Translations under genes and position numbers: made by a program
Shown here: in pieces, positions 38,341 through 49,682 of the stretch
Numbering within the stretch: the first letter of the stretch is position 1
Layout of the letters: every line of letters starts with the position of its first letter
Notes under the pieces: model-generated
What the model was told of the DNA's origin: nothing
Databases searched by the model: none
What the model saw: the letters and a program-made list of their open reading frames with translations, nothing else
From: Vicugna vicugna
Taxonomy: Eukaryota
DNA: 64,000 nucleotides
Direction of reading: 5' to 3'
Assembly (NCBI GenBank): GCA_013265495.1
Contig: MU058000.1
Span: forward strand, 1,116,001-1,180,000

Positions 38341-40284
38341 GGCCTGGTCTTTACTCACTGAACCTCTTGCTTGAATTGCTCCAGTTTTACCCTGGTAGAG
38401 GAAGTAAGATACACAAACACAGAAGTTAGGAGATAAAAATGGGATCAATGATGTAAGAAAGGAGTGAGCTCAGCATTATGGAACAGGGAACTTCGGGGTG
38501 TGCAATTCAGACAGGATTTAAGCAGCAGGAGGGAGCAAGTAATAGTGGCAGCTCTTGAGTGTTTACTGAGTTGGGTATTTTACCTCCATTTAATCATTCA
38601 TTCAAAAAATATTTACTGTGCACCTTCTATGCATCTGTCACCCTTCTGAGTACATGGGACGTCCATTAAAAAATGAAACATGAATATACCTGCCTTCTTG
38701 AACCTTGCACAGTAATAGAAACAATAAAGAATAAACTATACATGTAAAGTTTACATGCACATACTCACACACATGCATCATATACACACACACACACATT
38801 TTTAAATGTTAAAGGGCATTAAATGCAATGGAAAAAAAAGAGTGGAGGAGGGCAAGAGGTATTTTAAATGAGGTAATCACAAAATAAGGTGTCCTGATCT
38901 ATTTCTGAATCCTCACAACACTTTTGAGGCAGGCACTAATTTTTCTGTCCCCTTTTCAGATGGGGAAAGAGGCTTGGTGAGGTTAACTAGATTGCTCAAG
39001 AAAGTAATGGAACAGGGAGACAAACTTGGGTGTATGAACCCCAGAACGTCTCCTCACCCTGTAAGCTATTCTCTCTCCTCAGTAGGCTTTAAACATTTTT
39101 TCTTCTCCTTCTCCGTCTAGAAACTAGTTTAGCAGTTATGGCTGCCAGGCACGCTTGACCTTCCTCAGAACTTGCCGAGTCCCTTCTTGATGGGTCCAGC
39201 TCAGCCTCATTCATGGAGTCCCCAGCAGAGACCACAAGGGCTTCGGCAGCTTCAGCCCCTGCCACCTGCCCACCAGAAGCCACCTCCAGCCCAATAGAAC
39301 CATGTGTGTGCAGCCTGAGGGATTCAGCATTTGTTCCTCCTGCTTTCTCTACCTTTTGTCTGATCTCTTGTTTCACTGAACCACATTTGCACGTATTACA
39401 CCCTATGGAAACTGGATCCTGGGCCAGCAGAGGCCAGTGCAGGGACCAGCTTTTGAAGCTGGGCTATGACTCTCCAGCCTGAGATTTGAAAAGCCATTCC
39501 TGTCCTCTCTTTCACAATGGCCTCAAGTCCAATAACAGTTTGGAGCCACTGCAAGTCAGCTCCTATTGTGAGCTGCATATAGGCTGGAGGAGAGCTCGAT
39601 CTCCAATTAGCATCACAATGTGCTTTCCTGGAATGCCTTGTCTTTCAGGACCCTGCCTGGTCTGGTCTCTGAGATCCTTTCTAGTGATTCATTAATCTTT
39701 GGTGTATAAGTGGGTACTTCTGTTGGGTCTTATAAGTCCACCAGGGCTAGCCTAGGGCAAGATTATTATGTGGTCGATATTTTAGTTCATCCATGAAAGA
39801 CAATGTTTTGTCAAACAATGCTCAGCACCCAGTGAGGTAGGTTCCATACTATCATCCCCATTTTATAGGTGACAAAACTGAAGTACGTGGTACTTGGAGG
39901 TTAGGTTGCCCAATAGAAACTGAATGCTGTTGTAACACCTTTATAATATTTTCTCTAGATGCTGGGGACACATCCAGGCAAGGAAATTTACAGCCTAATA
40001 GGGAGACAGGCAATTAAACGGAAATATCAGCAAGGAAGTATTTCTTAAAAGTTGGATGAAGTGCAGGTGGAATACTGGGACAGAGCATCCAGGGGACCAG
40101 TGGGGTCTTCCTTCTCCTTCCTCACCCACATCATTTTTGTCTCTCCAGGAGCATCATATGCTATGTATGACACTCTCTTCATAAAATCTGTCTATTTCCC
40201 ATCTCCTCAAGATTCTTTTAGGGGAACAGTGAAACATGTTCAAACGAGGCAGCCAGTTTTAACAGCTCATCTGTTGCCCTAAGC

Positions 40285-40792
40285 TCTAGTTATCTATTAT
40301 TGTGTAACAAACTACTCCAAAGTGTAATGACTTCAGCAACAAACTTTTAAATATCTATCATGATTTTCTGGGACAAGAACTTGGCTGGGCTGTTCTGCTC
40401 CACCTGGCAGAGACTTGGGTCACTGGGTGGCACACAGTGGATGGATGGGCAGCTCTGGAGGGTCCACAGTGGCTTCCCTAACATGCCTGGCATCTTGCAG
40501 AGACATGTGGAAGGCTGAACTCCCTCTCTTTGTAGTCTCAGGACTTCTCCATGTGGTCTTTCTAGCACATAGTCAGCATTCTTAACATGGTGACTCAGCT
40601 ACCAAGAGAGAACATGGTTGAAGCTGCCAGCTCTCTTAAAGGCTCAGCTCGGAACTGGCAGAGCATGGCTTCCACCATTCCCCACTGGTTAAAGCAGCTA
40701 CCGGCTAGCCCAGATCCAAGGACAAGAGAAGCACATTCCACCTTTGGATGGGAGGAATGTCGAGGAATTTGTGGCCATCCTTCAATTACCAC
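40285..40792 (-). mobile_element. MLT1F/G/H-like LTR
   Basis: agttatctattattgtgtaacaaactactccaaa...ttctccatgtggtctttctagca...gaatttgtggccatc. Confidence 0.8.
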
Positions 40793-41622
40793 TCTTCCCA
40801 GTTTACTTTGCTTTGAGTTTCCATGAAGGAATCAATGCATCTCTAATAAAATAGTGCCTCTGAAGACTGGTTGAAGCTGAGTGGTTACGGCCTGTAATAT
40901 ATATTTAGTGTTCAAATAAGATAACTAGACATTCTGAGAGCAATGAATGTATAGTGATTGCCTTTTAATATACACATGCAAATTGTGAATTTCCAAATGA
41001 TACTGTCAAAAGGAAGGGGGATATTTAGATCATACTTGCATTTTTTGGCAGACGGAGTAAATGGATTTATAGCCTTTTGGCTACGGGTTGGGATGGGGAG
41101 CAGGCAGGTTTGGGAAGGAAACTGAGTTGCTAAAGGGAAATAGTGGAAAGATAGAGAGAAAATGGGTTACATTCATTCCAACAGGAGGAACTGCTGAAGA
41201 ATTTCCTTGAAGATCAAGGGTGGAGAAAGTAGGATTCCTCGAGGCAGTACCAGGGAAATGACAACCTTTAAAACAGTTCTAGGCACATTATAAGGACCCA
41301 GTAAGTGTTTATTTAATGATGAAAAAAATTAGTGAAGAGATGACTATGGAAATGACCTAGATCAGGTATCTCAGAAAGCAGACCTGGCAATAAAGGAACT
41401 CTTATGCTATTTGGGGAGAATTAAATGGAGCTACTTGGGGGAACCAAGAAACCATGTTTAGCACATGGCAGACACTCAGAAACAATTAGTTTCATTCTAT
41501 TTTTTAACTTGTTTCTTCAAAAGTAGAAATAAAATAAAAACTTTGCTTTGGACTATAAGAGTAAGAAGAGAATAAGACTAGGATTAGAGGATCATTTTAC
41601 CTTTATGGGTTAAAATATAGGA

Positions 41623-42450
41623 CAGAGCTGTCTAATAGAGTTTTCTGCAATGATGCAAATATTCTTCTTTTTATTGAGTCTGGCTGCAACAAATGTCCTC
41701 CTGTCCAGTGCCGTTTGCACCAATAAAACAAGATCGAGTTACGTTCAGAAGCATAGGAAAGTTTTATTCATTGACTGAAGAATGGAGAAATGAGAGCCGT
41801 GGCTCTAGAGCACGTGCTCTCCCACACAGACTGTGCGCGGGGCTGCTTTATAGGACTCTCGACCGCAGGGAGGGGAGGGGTGGAGTTCTCGCGGGACTGC
41901 AGGGAGAGGAGAGTGAAGTTCTCGCGGGACCGCAGAGACGGGAGGTTGTAGTTCTCGCGGGGCTGGCGCAGCTGGGCTGCTCACTCCAGACCCCAGTTCC
42001 GGGTGCAGCGTCTCTGCCGGCGGCCCACCACCGCCATCTTGGGCTGCAGCGTGCGTGCAGTAATTCCACACACAGTTCGAGCTGACGTGCCCAGCAAAGC
42101 CATTTTGCACTGGGAACTCTGGTCTGATGCGCTGGATGCAAGGCCCCAGCCCATGGTGCCCTATGAACAAGTGAAACTAGACTAAGCACCAACGGAAAAA
42201 AAAAAAAGGTTAGACTTCATTTTATTACCTGAATTCTATTTTTCTTTCCTAGGAATTGTTAATGGGCTTTGCAGGTGACACGTCTGCACTGTGCAACGTG
42301 GTAACCACTGCCCACGTGTAGCTCTTGAACCCTGGAAATGTGTTTGTGTGACTGAAGCAGTAAATTTTAAATTTTGTTTTATTTTACTGAATTCAGATTT
42401 AAGTTTAAATAGTCTCTTGTGGCTGCTGGTTACTTTCTTGGATACAAGGA
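41623..42450 (+). mobile_element. MER3 split by an LTR insertion
   Basis: cagagctgtctaatagagttttctgcaatgatgcaaatattct (to ~41666) continues at 42281 as cgtctgcactgtgcaacgtggtaaccactg. Confidence 0.82.
41672..42280 (-). mobile_element. CpG-rich young solo LTR-like element
   Basis: The minus strand starts tgtcacc. It has TATAAA (41847-41852) followed by AATAAA (~41763-41768), many intact CpGs and a 33-bp tandem repeat. Confidence 0.75.
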
Positions 42451-43363
42451 TTTACTTACGCTTTTTTGAAGCAGAGTCTGTAATGCAAGATGGTCCTCGT
42501 TAACCTCAGGTGTATAATGTTGGTACCTTGAAATTATTTCGCTTTCTAGCAAAATTCAGTTGTTTATTGAGTTACGTTAAAGCGGTAGGAGAAAAAGTTT
42601 GGCTTATGGCTAATAGGGAGCAAATGTAGAGTTCTGAAAGTAAGCGTGTGCGACCAAGGCTGAGGGAGGGCAGTGATTCACGGACCAGCTGGTGGCTCTG
42701 GACAGAAAAGCCCCTGGACTTGCCAGTAACTGTTTATCGGAATCCTATAGTTTGGTGTAGCAAAGATGTTCAGAGTGCTTTCCAACCAGCAAACTGAGTG
42801 AAATAAGTATCATGTATATTCACCGGGCATAACTTGTTATTCAACTTTTTCGAATGGCGGTAATGGAGCTGGAGCAGTTAAACTGTGTTCTCCAGGTCAC
42901 TGGTACTACTGCCAAGAACAGAAAAACTTTCATCTTCCAAAGCCTCAGTCAGCCAGTTTCTCTTCTGCAGCCCATGAATCATCAAGAAGGAACAAGCTCA
43001 TTATCTCAGCGCTAGGGACAGGAGTCGCTTACATGACACTGCACTTCTGAACGGGCCATCGTGTCTTTAACAGGTGTGCTGGCCCTTTAACTGACTGGGC
43101 CAGAAGTTCGAGGCTGTGGCCTGAAATTTCAATTTTGTTATATACTGTGTCCAAAAGTAATTGGGCCCCATGATCTGTGGCATTAGTTGGATGTTTTGTA
43201 GGTTTGGAGAAAGAGAAGTGGGAGTTTCTGTCCCTGGAAATATCCTCTCTTAGAGGATAGGAATTAGAGGAGCTTCTCGCACTGGTCTGGAAGGTGTTTC
43301 AATTCTGCTACTCCAAAGAGCTGAGTAGGAGCTCCCAGATATGGCCTGTTAAAGTTTCCTATA

Positions 43364-43680
43364 CAGTTGGCCCTCCAAATCCATGGATTCTGCATTTGTG
43401 GATTCAACCAAGTGAGGATCAAAAATACTCGAAAATAAAATCCCAGAAAGTTCCAAAAAGCAAAACTTAAATTTGCCCTGTGCTAGCAACTATTTTTATA
43501 GTATTTACATTCTATTAAGTATTATAAGTAATCTAGAGATGATTTAAACTGTACGGGAGGATGTGCGAAGGTTATATGCAAATACCACACCATTTTACAT
43601 AAGAGACTTTAGCATCAGCAGAGTTTGGTATCAGTGAGGGGCCCTGGAACCAATCCACTGTGGATACTGAGGAATGGCTG
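43364..43680 (-). mobile_element. MER2/MER2B TcMar-Tigger element
   Basis: TA|cagttggccctcc ... ggaaccaatccactgtggatactgaggaatggctg|TG, with internal aagtaatctagagatgatttaaa. Confidence 0.9.
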
Positions 43681-43934
43681 TGTCTCCATCTTGTTTTTCC
43701 CTTTCTACATAACGGGGTTGGTTAGGTTCTGGGACCTTCCCAATTACCCAATATGTCATAAAATTTCCCATGATTTTTAGCAATATAATCATGTTTCCAG
43801 AAAAGGTCCCTCAATTTTTACCTTCCTTTCTAAGGACAGAGGTGTTGCATGGAGGGTGTTCCAAATATGAGCATTCTCTTGTTCTCTGGTCATGAAAGGA
43901 TAAGTTGGTAGGAACAAAAAAGGGTATAATCTAT

Positions 43935-44268
43935 AGAAGACATGGCAAACTTTTTCTGTAATGGTCAGATAATAAATATTTTTGGCTTTTGAGTTATGTA
44001 ATCTCTTGTAGTTACTCGAATTGGTAACAAAGGCAAAAATAATGTGTAGATGAATGAGTGTGACTGTGTTCCAGTAGACTTAATGTAGGGACCCTGAAAT
44101 TTGAATTTTTATAATATACACTTGTGATGAATGCTCTTTTTTTTGATGTTTTTCAAATACTTTAAAATGTGAAAAAATCATTCTTAACTTGCAGTCTGTT
44201 AAAAACAGCAACAACAAAACACCAGACGGAAGACCAGATGTTACCTATAGGCTATAGTTTGCTGACTT
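43935..44268 (+). mobile_element. MER58B-like hAT-Charlie element
   Basis: ggcaaactttttctgtaatggtcagataataaatatt ... ggctatagtttgctgac, about 330 bp. Confidence 0.82.
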
Positions 44269-46394
44269 TTTTACTCTTTAAGATGCAGATATAAATAACT
44301 AAAGTATAAATATTTCATAAACATTATTATTACAGATATTGCTAGAATCTAGCATTTTAGAGTTATGAAAGAATTTATGTTTCTATCCTTATACATAGCA
44401 TTCAAAGCCACAGTTTATAATGAGCATCGTTGGTAAATGGGTAGTTTTAAAATGATAAAAAAAGAAAAACAACAAATAAAGTGTATTGTTATAGAGCAGA
44501 AGAAAGATAACTGATCAATGTTTTGAGATTCTAGGATTTTCTGTTCAGCTCTGACACTAAGCAAGGGCTTATTATACTGACTTTCTCATCTCTAAAATGG
44601 GAATAATACTGGCTCTCCCATCCTCATAGAACTGTTACAAGAATCATATGAGATTATGCTCCTGAAAATTCCTGGAAAAAAAAATCACATGCTACATGTG
44701 TAGAGAGTCATTTTTCAGGAGTATCCCAAATTTCCTGGGCTGGTTTATTGTATAATTCTTTCAGGATTGTGTGGGAAAGTACTTCTACATAAATGAATAA
44801 ATACAGATGGATATTTTTATATTCATGCAGGGATGATCTTAAGAGAAAAATGATCTACCCTGAGTATTTTATGCTTTAGCAGTAATAGCAATCTTGCCGT
44901 ACGTAAATCTTTTAAAACCATGCGACAGGCTGTTTCATTTAGAATGTTGTTTTCTCTGGTTTATTTCAAACACAAAGATGGCCAAAGGGGATGAAATATA
45001 CCTGCATGCACCTCAAGCATGGAAAGATATATAAAATGATGGGTTGAGAATTGGATTAAAGAAAGACAAAAGGCCTCCATACAAGTAGTTCTTCCTAAAA
45101 TTGAAAGATTACTAATTGACAAGATAGGAAAGATATCTTTTTGACTTTCTGCTGTTCAGGAAGATACAGGGAAGAAATGATTGTGTGTGTGTAGGTGGGT
45201 GTGTGTACATGAAAGTAAAGAACATATACAATATTCTACAATGGGGGAATAATTTCAAGAGTGAAAATGTTCATCATAAAATCATTCAGTTTTTTTCATT
45301 TTAGTTTAATTGATTTTTTAAAATTCACCTGCACAGAATAAGTCAATAAAAGACTAATAAACATTGTGAAAAGGGTAAAGTTTTGTTTATGTTTCTTAGG
45401 ATATGAAATCACTTGTCCTCTAAATGGAGAGTTTTAATCAAAATAGATGAGAAACCAGGGAAGTGGAGGAGAAAGACATTTAAACATATTTTTCTTGTGT
45501 AAAGTTTTTCATGTTTTCTTCATAAAAGCTGAATTTCCCTTCTGGGCTTTGCAGTATAGTTTGTATAATTATTTTGGAGAAAATGAGAAATGTGGAAAGG
45601 AAAATGAGGTATTTTAGCACTAGCCTCAAATACAGCTACATCTGGCTGGCTTCAGTTAATTGTCTAAGCCCTGCTATAACCGCGTAGATGTCATGCATTA
45701 GGATGAAGTAAAGCTTCATGTCTCCCACCCTGACGCTCATTTGCACAGTGCTTGTATCTCTGGTCACTTGTTCTTACTCTCTCTGCTGTCACTGTATACT
45801 CACACAATCCTATCCCTTTTCATTCTTTTATATTTTTAATATTATTATACTCTTGTTAGTGGCATGCCTGATATTTTCTGATTTGGATGCATGTCTGTGA
45901 TATTGGCAGCCATGCTTAGGAAATTTGCCTTTGGGCGAGAGCCAGCCTAATGTTTCTCTGTAACCTGTAGTGTGATGAAAGAGCTTTGTTAGTGATGGGT
46001 CAGTGTTAACAAAAGTTTTTCTCATGAGGCATACATCATGGAGTCCTAGCATAGTTATTGCTAGCTCTGATATCACTGATACCAGATTCAGAATTTCATA
46101 GTGTGGAACCTGTAGGGACTGTAAAACCCAATGATGCCAATATGAGTCCAGGAACCCACACCTTGTTATATCAGAAAACCACTGACGGAACAAACTGTTC
46201 AAAAGGAGCACAATATGTTAAGTTCCAAATCCTTAGGCATAGTTTGAAAATTGGAACCAAATTTAAACTCAAAGAATTTCATGTATGATCTTGGATTTTT
46301 CTGTGGACCCTGGATTCACAATCTATTAAGCTCAATGTAAATTGCCTGTGCCACGAAGGGGTATCCCCACCTAGGGGATGGAAAATCTGCTCTT

Positions 46395-46620
46395 GAGTTA
46401 GATGTACCTGGTATTTATCCCAGATGTGTTCTCTACTAGCTGAGGAAACTTCGGCAAGCTACTGTAGTCTCTGAACTTCAGCTTCCCTCTCTTTAAAATG
46501 GGTATAAAAATTGTACCTTCTGGGGGAAATCCAATGAAGTAAATTATGTGTAATGCTTACCACATAAACGGTGCTTAGTACAGTGCCTGGCCCATCATAA
46601 ACACTCCATAAATATCATTA
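46395..46620 (+). mobile_element. MIR SINE
   Basis: ctctgaacttcagcttccctctctttaaaatggg...gcttagtacagtgcctggccca...ctccataaata. Confidence 0.8.
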
Positions 46621-47020
46621 AATACTCGAAGAATAGTATACAGCTCTTCTAGGGGAGTACAATGAAAAATTCAGCCTGCTTTCAAGGAGGTGGTCTTTCT
46701 GGAGCCAGAAGCCCTAACCCCAGGAATGATGTCAGGAACAGCATCCAAATGTATATCATGTAAGTGCCCCAGGATTAGATGTGGTCAACTGAAAGTGTAT
46801 TGAGGATTCCAAGGAGGGAAAGATTACTAAGGGAATGGGAGTCATCTGGGAGGGTTTCTTGAGGGAGGTGTTTGATCTGAGTCTTACAGAGTTTAATAGA
46901 CAGGTAGGCGAGGAAGAGGGCACTGAGGTGAAGCATTTTGGGCTGGGAAAATGGAAACCATGCCCTAACGATATCTAGCTGATGTAAGTCTGACCTCATG
47001 TGAAAAGGCTGCTGCTTTTA

Positions 47021-47612
47021 TGTCGGAGCCAGCCGACAATCGATCAGGTCCAGAAATCTGTGCTGCAGGACTGAGAAAAGGAAAGACGTAACAAAGAGAC
47101 AGCAAGACAAGACAAGTTGGGGTTGAGAGGGTCTCACTCTAGCCCGCAAGACGCTAGGTCAAGAGTGGACGACGAGTTTATTTCTTGCAGTCAATTTATA
47201 TGATTTTAACCCATTAGCTCATACATTCCTGCACGTAGGCAATAAAGCCTAACCTCGTGACTCGTATACATTCAACTCAGGTGATACATTCAACTCAGGT
47301 GATTGTTCTCTAAAAGGATCACTGATTTGTGTGCCAATTGTATCTCTCCCTCCGAAGGTCTTTTGTGACTTAATAGCTCAAAGATGTTTCCTCAGGCATT
47401 AGCGCACCTGGTGCATTCTTTAGTAAAAGAGGTGGCGGGACAGAGATTGTTCTAACTCAATTGACCTTTGAGCCGGGCGCCCCGCACTGTGGGAGTTTAG
47501 GCCCAACCTTTGTGCTCGGCAGCCTCAATCTCAGAGCCTGGCGCCCTGCACTTTGGGGTTTTACGCCCAAGTTTTGTGCTCGGCAGCCCTCCGTCACGAG
47601 CGGCTCCCCGCA
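47021..47612 (-). mobile_element. Young ERV2 (betaretrovirus-like) solo LTR, 592 bp
   Basis: The minus strand reads tgcggggagccg...ccgaca. Perfect 6-bp TSD ctttta (47015-47020 / 47613-47618). Minus-strand TATA-like and AATAAA signals near 47197 and 47180. CpGs are retained. Confidence 0.92.
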
Positions 47613-48345
47613 CTTTTAGACCAGGTTCCAATCGCAGTCATTACAGCTATCAAAAATATGGTCAATCCAAAGATGGAAAAATTGGTTTCCTTTTAAGCGC
47701 TATGCACCTGGGACCCAAGTTTACGATCCCTGGGTTTGAACCTAAGTTCAGCCAGTGTGTGACACTGAGCAAGATTCTTATCCTCTTGGTGCTTTGATTT
47801 TCCCTCTCTCAGAGGAAGGTTTTAAGAGTTAAATTCAGTGTTATAAAGGGACATGCCTAGTATGACACTTTGTATGTAACTCTGTACTTGCTTTATGATA
47901 ATCTTCCAAATGTTTGTTTCCATGACCTCTCTCACACATTTCCTTGTTTAGACACTAATTGCTTGGGGAAACATTTTTGAAAAGAATTGGGATTTAGTTC
48001 ACTTATTCTTCAGAGACAATAGCCTTCTGTTTTTGGAGGGTTTTGTCATTTAGAGCACCCTCCAATGTGTATGACTCATTTGATTCTCACAACACTGCAA
48101 AGTGGACGGAGAATTCCAGAAAAAGAGATCCAACAGAGCGCACAGGGTTGGCTCCTGAAAAGACAGCGGGGCTGTCAAGAAAGACACAGGCCTTCTCACT
48201 TCGACCTCGATGGGATCTGGCTAATAACCTGTCTCCTGCATGAGAACTACATCATCACCAGCGCAACACCGGGGCAGGGGCTTTAGGGTTTTAGCTTTCC
48301 GTGTGCTGAAGGGTTCTAAAGACAGAATGCAAAGGATAACTGCCT

Positions 48346-48439
48346 TGTCAGGTACATATTTTAGTCCATAAACAGCCCCTTTTAGCCCCTTCTGTCAGGT
48401 ACCTGTTTTAGTCCATAGACAGCCCCTTTTAGCCCCTTC
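48346..48439. repeat. 47-bp tandem duplication (2 copies)
   Basis: tgtcaggtacatattttagtccataaacagccccttttagccccttc repeated with 3 mismatches. Confidence 0.95.
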
Positions 48440-49459
48440 TGTGGCTCCACAAAGTTTTACTTGGAAAACTTTTAAGAAATATACTGTATCCTTTTGGATT
48501 GCCTTGTGCCTCCATGCTGTTTAGTTCATCTTCTTCCCAGGGCAGGACTTGACAAGTCATTTGTTCATGGAAGACACTTCCAGAGATAACCTTCAACATT
48601 TACAACGGAGGATCCGTTCGCTGCAGGAAATACATGCAGAATATAGTTATGCTTATTAAAGAGCAAACGTTCTGTTCTGAGAGGATAAGAAACAGTTCCT
48701 CTCTCCTTTCACTGTCATGCACACACACTCCGGGGCACCCCCCCCCCATGCTGCCTGTTGCTTCTGGTGGGGGAGTGGGGGGTGGTATACAGAGTTATTT
48801 ACTTTATTACATTATTTACATGTTCAGATTGTTCCTGGGATTAATTGCTATTGAAGCCCAGATTTAATTAGCATAAACTTCAGTAACAGCTTAATATAAA
48901 TTAAATTACAAGCCATCTCTCTTTGAGAAATATTAGGATTTATTAGTGGGTCCCCCAAAACTAATTAGTTTGAACGGATACATTTCAGCATTAAGTAATG
49001 GAACAAGCTTTGTGTGCTGTTGTTTGTAATTTTATTGAGCACATTCCCTTCTTCCCCTCTCCCCCTTTTTGTGTCTATTCTGGTGATTAGTCTGCGTGGG
49101 AGATGCCTTGTCTGCTCCCCCAAGGCCTTTGGAAAGCAATAATGGTCATCTAGGGAGAAATTGGCTCTACTGAGAGATAAAGGGGAGGGAGGAAGAGCCT
49201 GAGAATAAGGAAATGGTCAGGTCACAGCTCATGACTTTAAAAAGAAATATATTGAAGCAAAAAGAGATGAACATTTTAAATCCAAGAAGTATGAAACGAC
49301 TTTCTCATAAATCTCTAAATGGCTTAAAGAAACTGTAGTTAAGTATTCCAGCTTGTGCTGTGGGCAAGGAAGAAGACAGTGACTGCTCTGTGCTGTTGCC
49401 AAATTAATCTCCTAGAAGAATAGCTTGATCATGTCATTCCCCTGCTCAAGAACACACAG

Positions 49460-49682
49460 CTAAGGGAATGGGCCTTGGAGTCAGGCAATTCTGAGTCCCA
49501 ATTTTGCCATTTGTCTGTTTGACCTTGGGCGACCCACGAACCTCTTGTTGCTTCAGTTCTTTCATGTGTAAAGGGTGTAGTGATGGAACCTCACGGGGTA
49601 TTTATAAGGATTACATGACATGAAGGTAAACTCTTAGCACAGTGGCACATAGCAAAATCAATCAATGTTTGCTGTTGTTAAT
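49460..49682 (+). mobile_element. MIR SINE
   Basis: ggccttggagtcaggc...tgaccttgggcg...cttcagttctttcatgtgtaaa...cttagcacagtggcacatag. Confidence 0.8.

Noticed and set aside
41885..41961. CRISPR-like repeat-spacer array
   Set aside because: The context is mammalian, the 'spacers' resemble each other, there are only three units, and no cas genes are present.
41693..42192. Overlapping 114-130 aa ORFs with repeated peptides
   Set aside because: They are a by-product of the GC-rich 33-bp (in-frame) tandem repeat inside an LTR.
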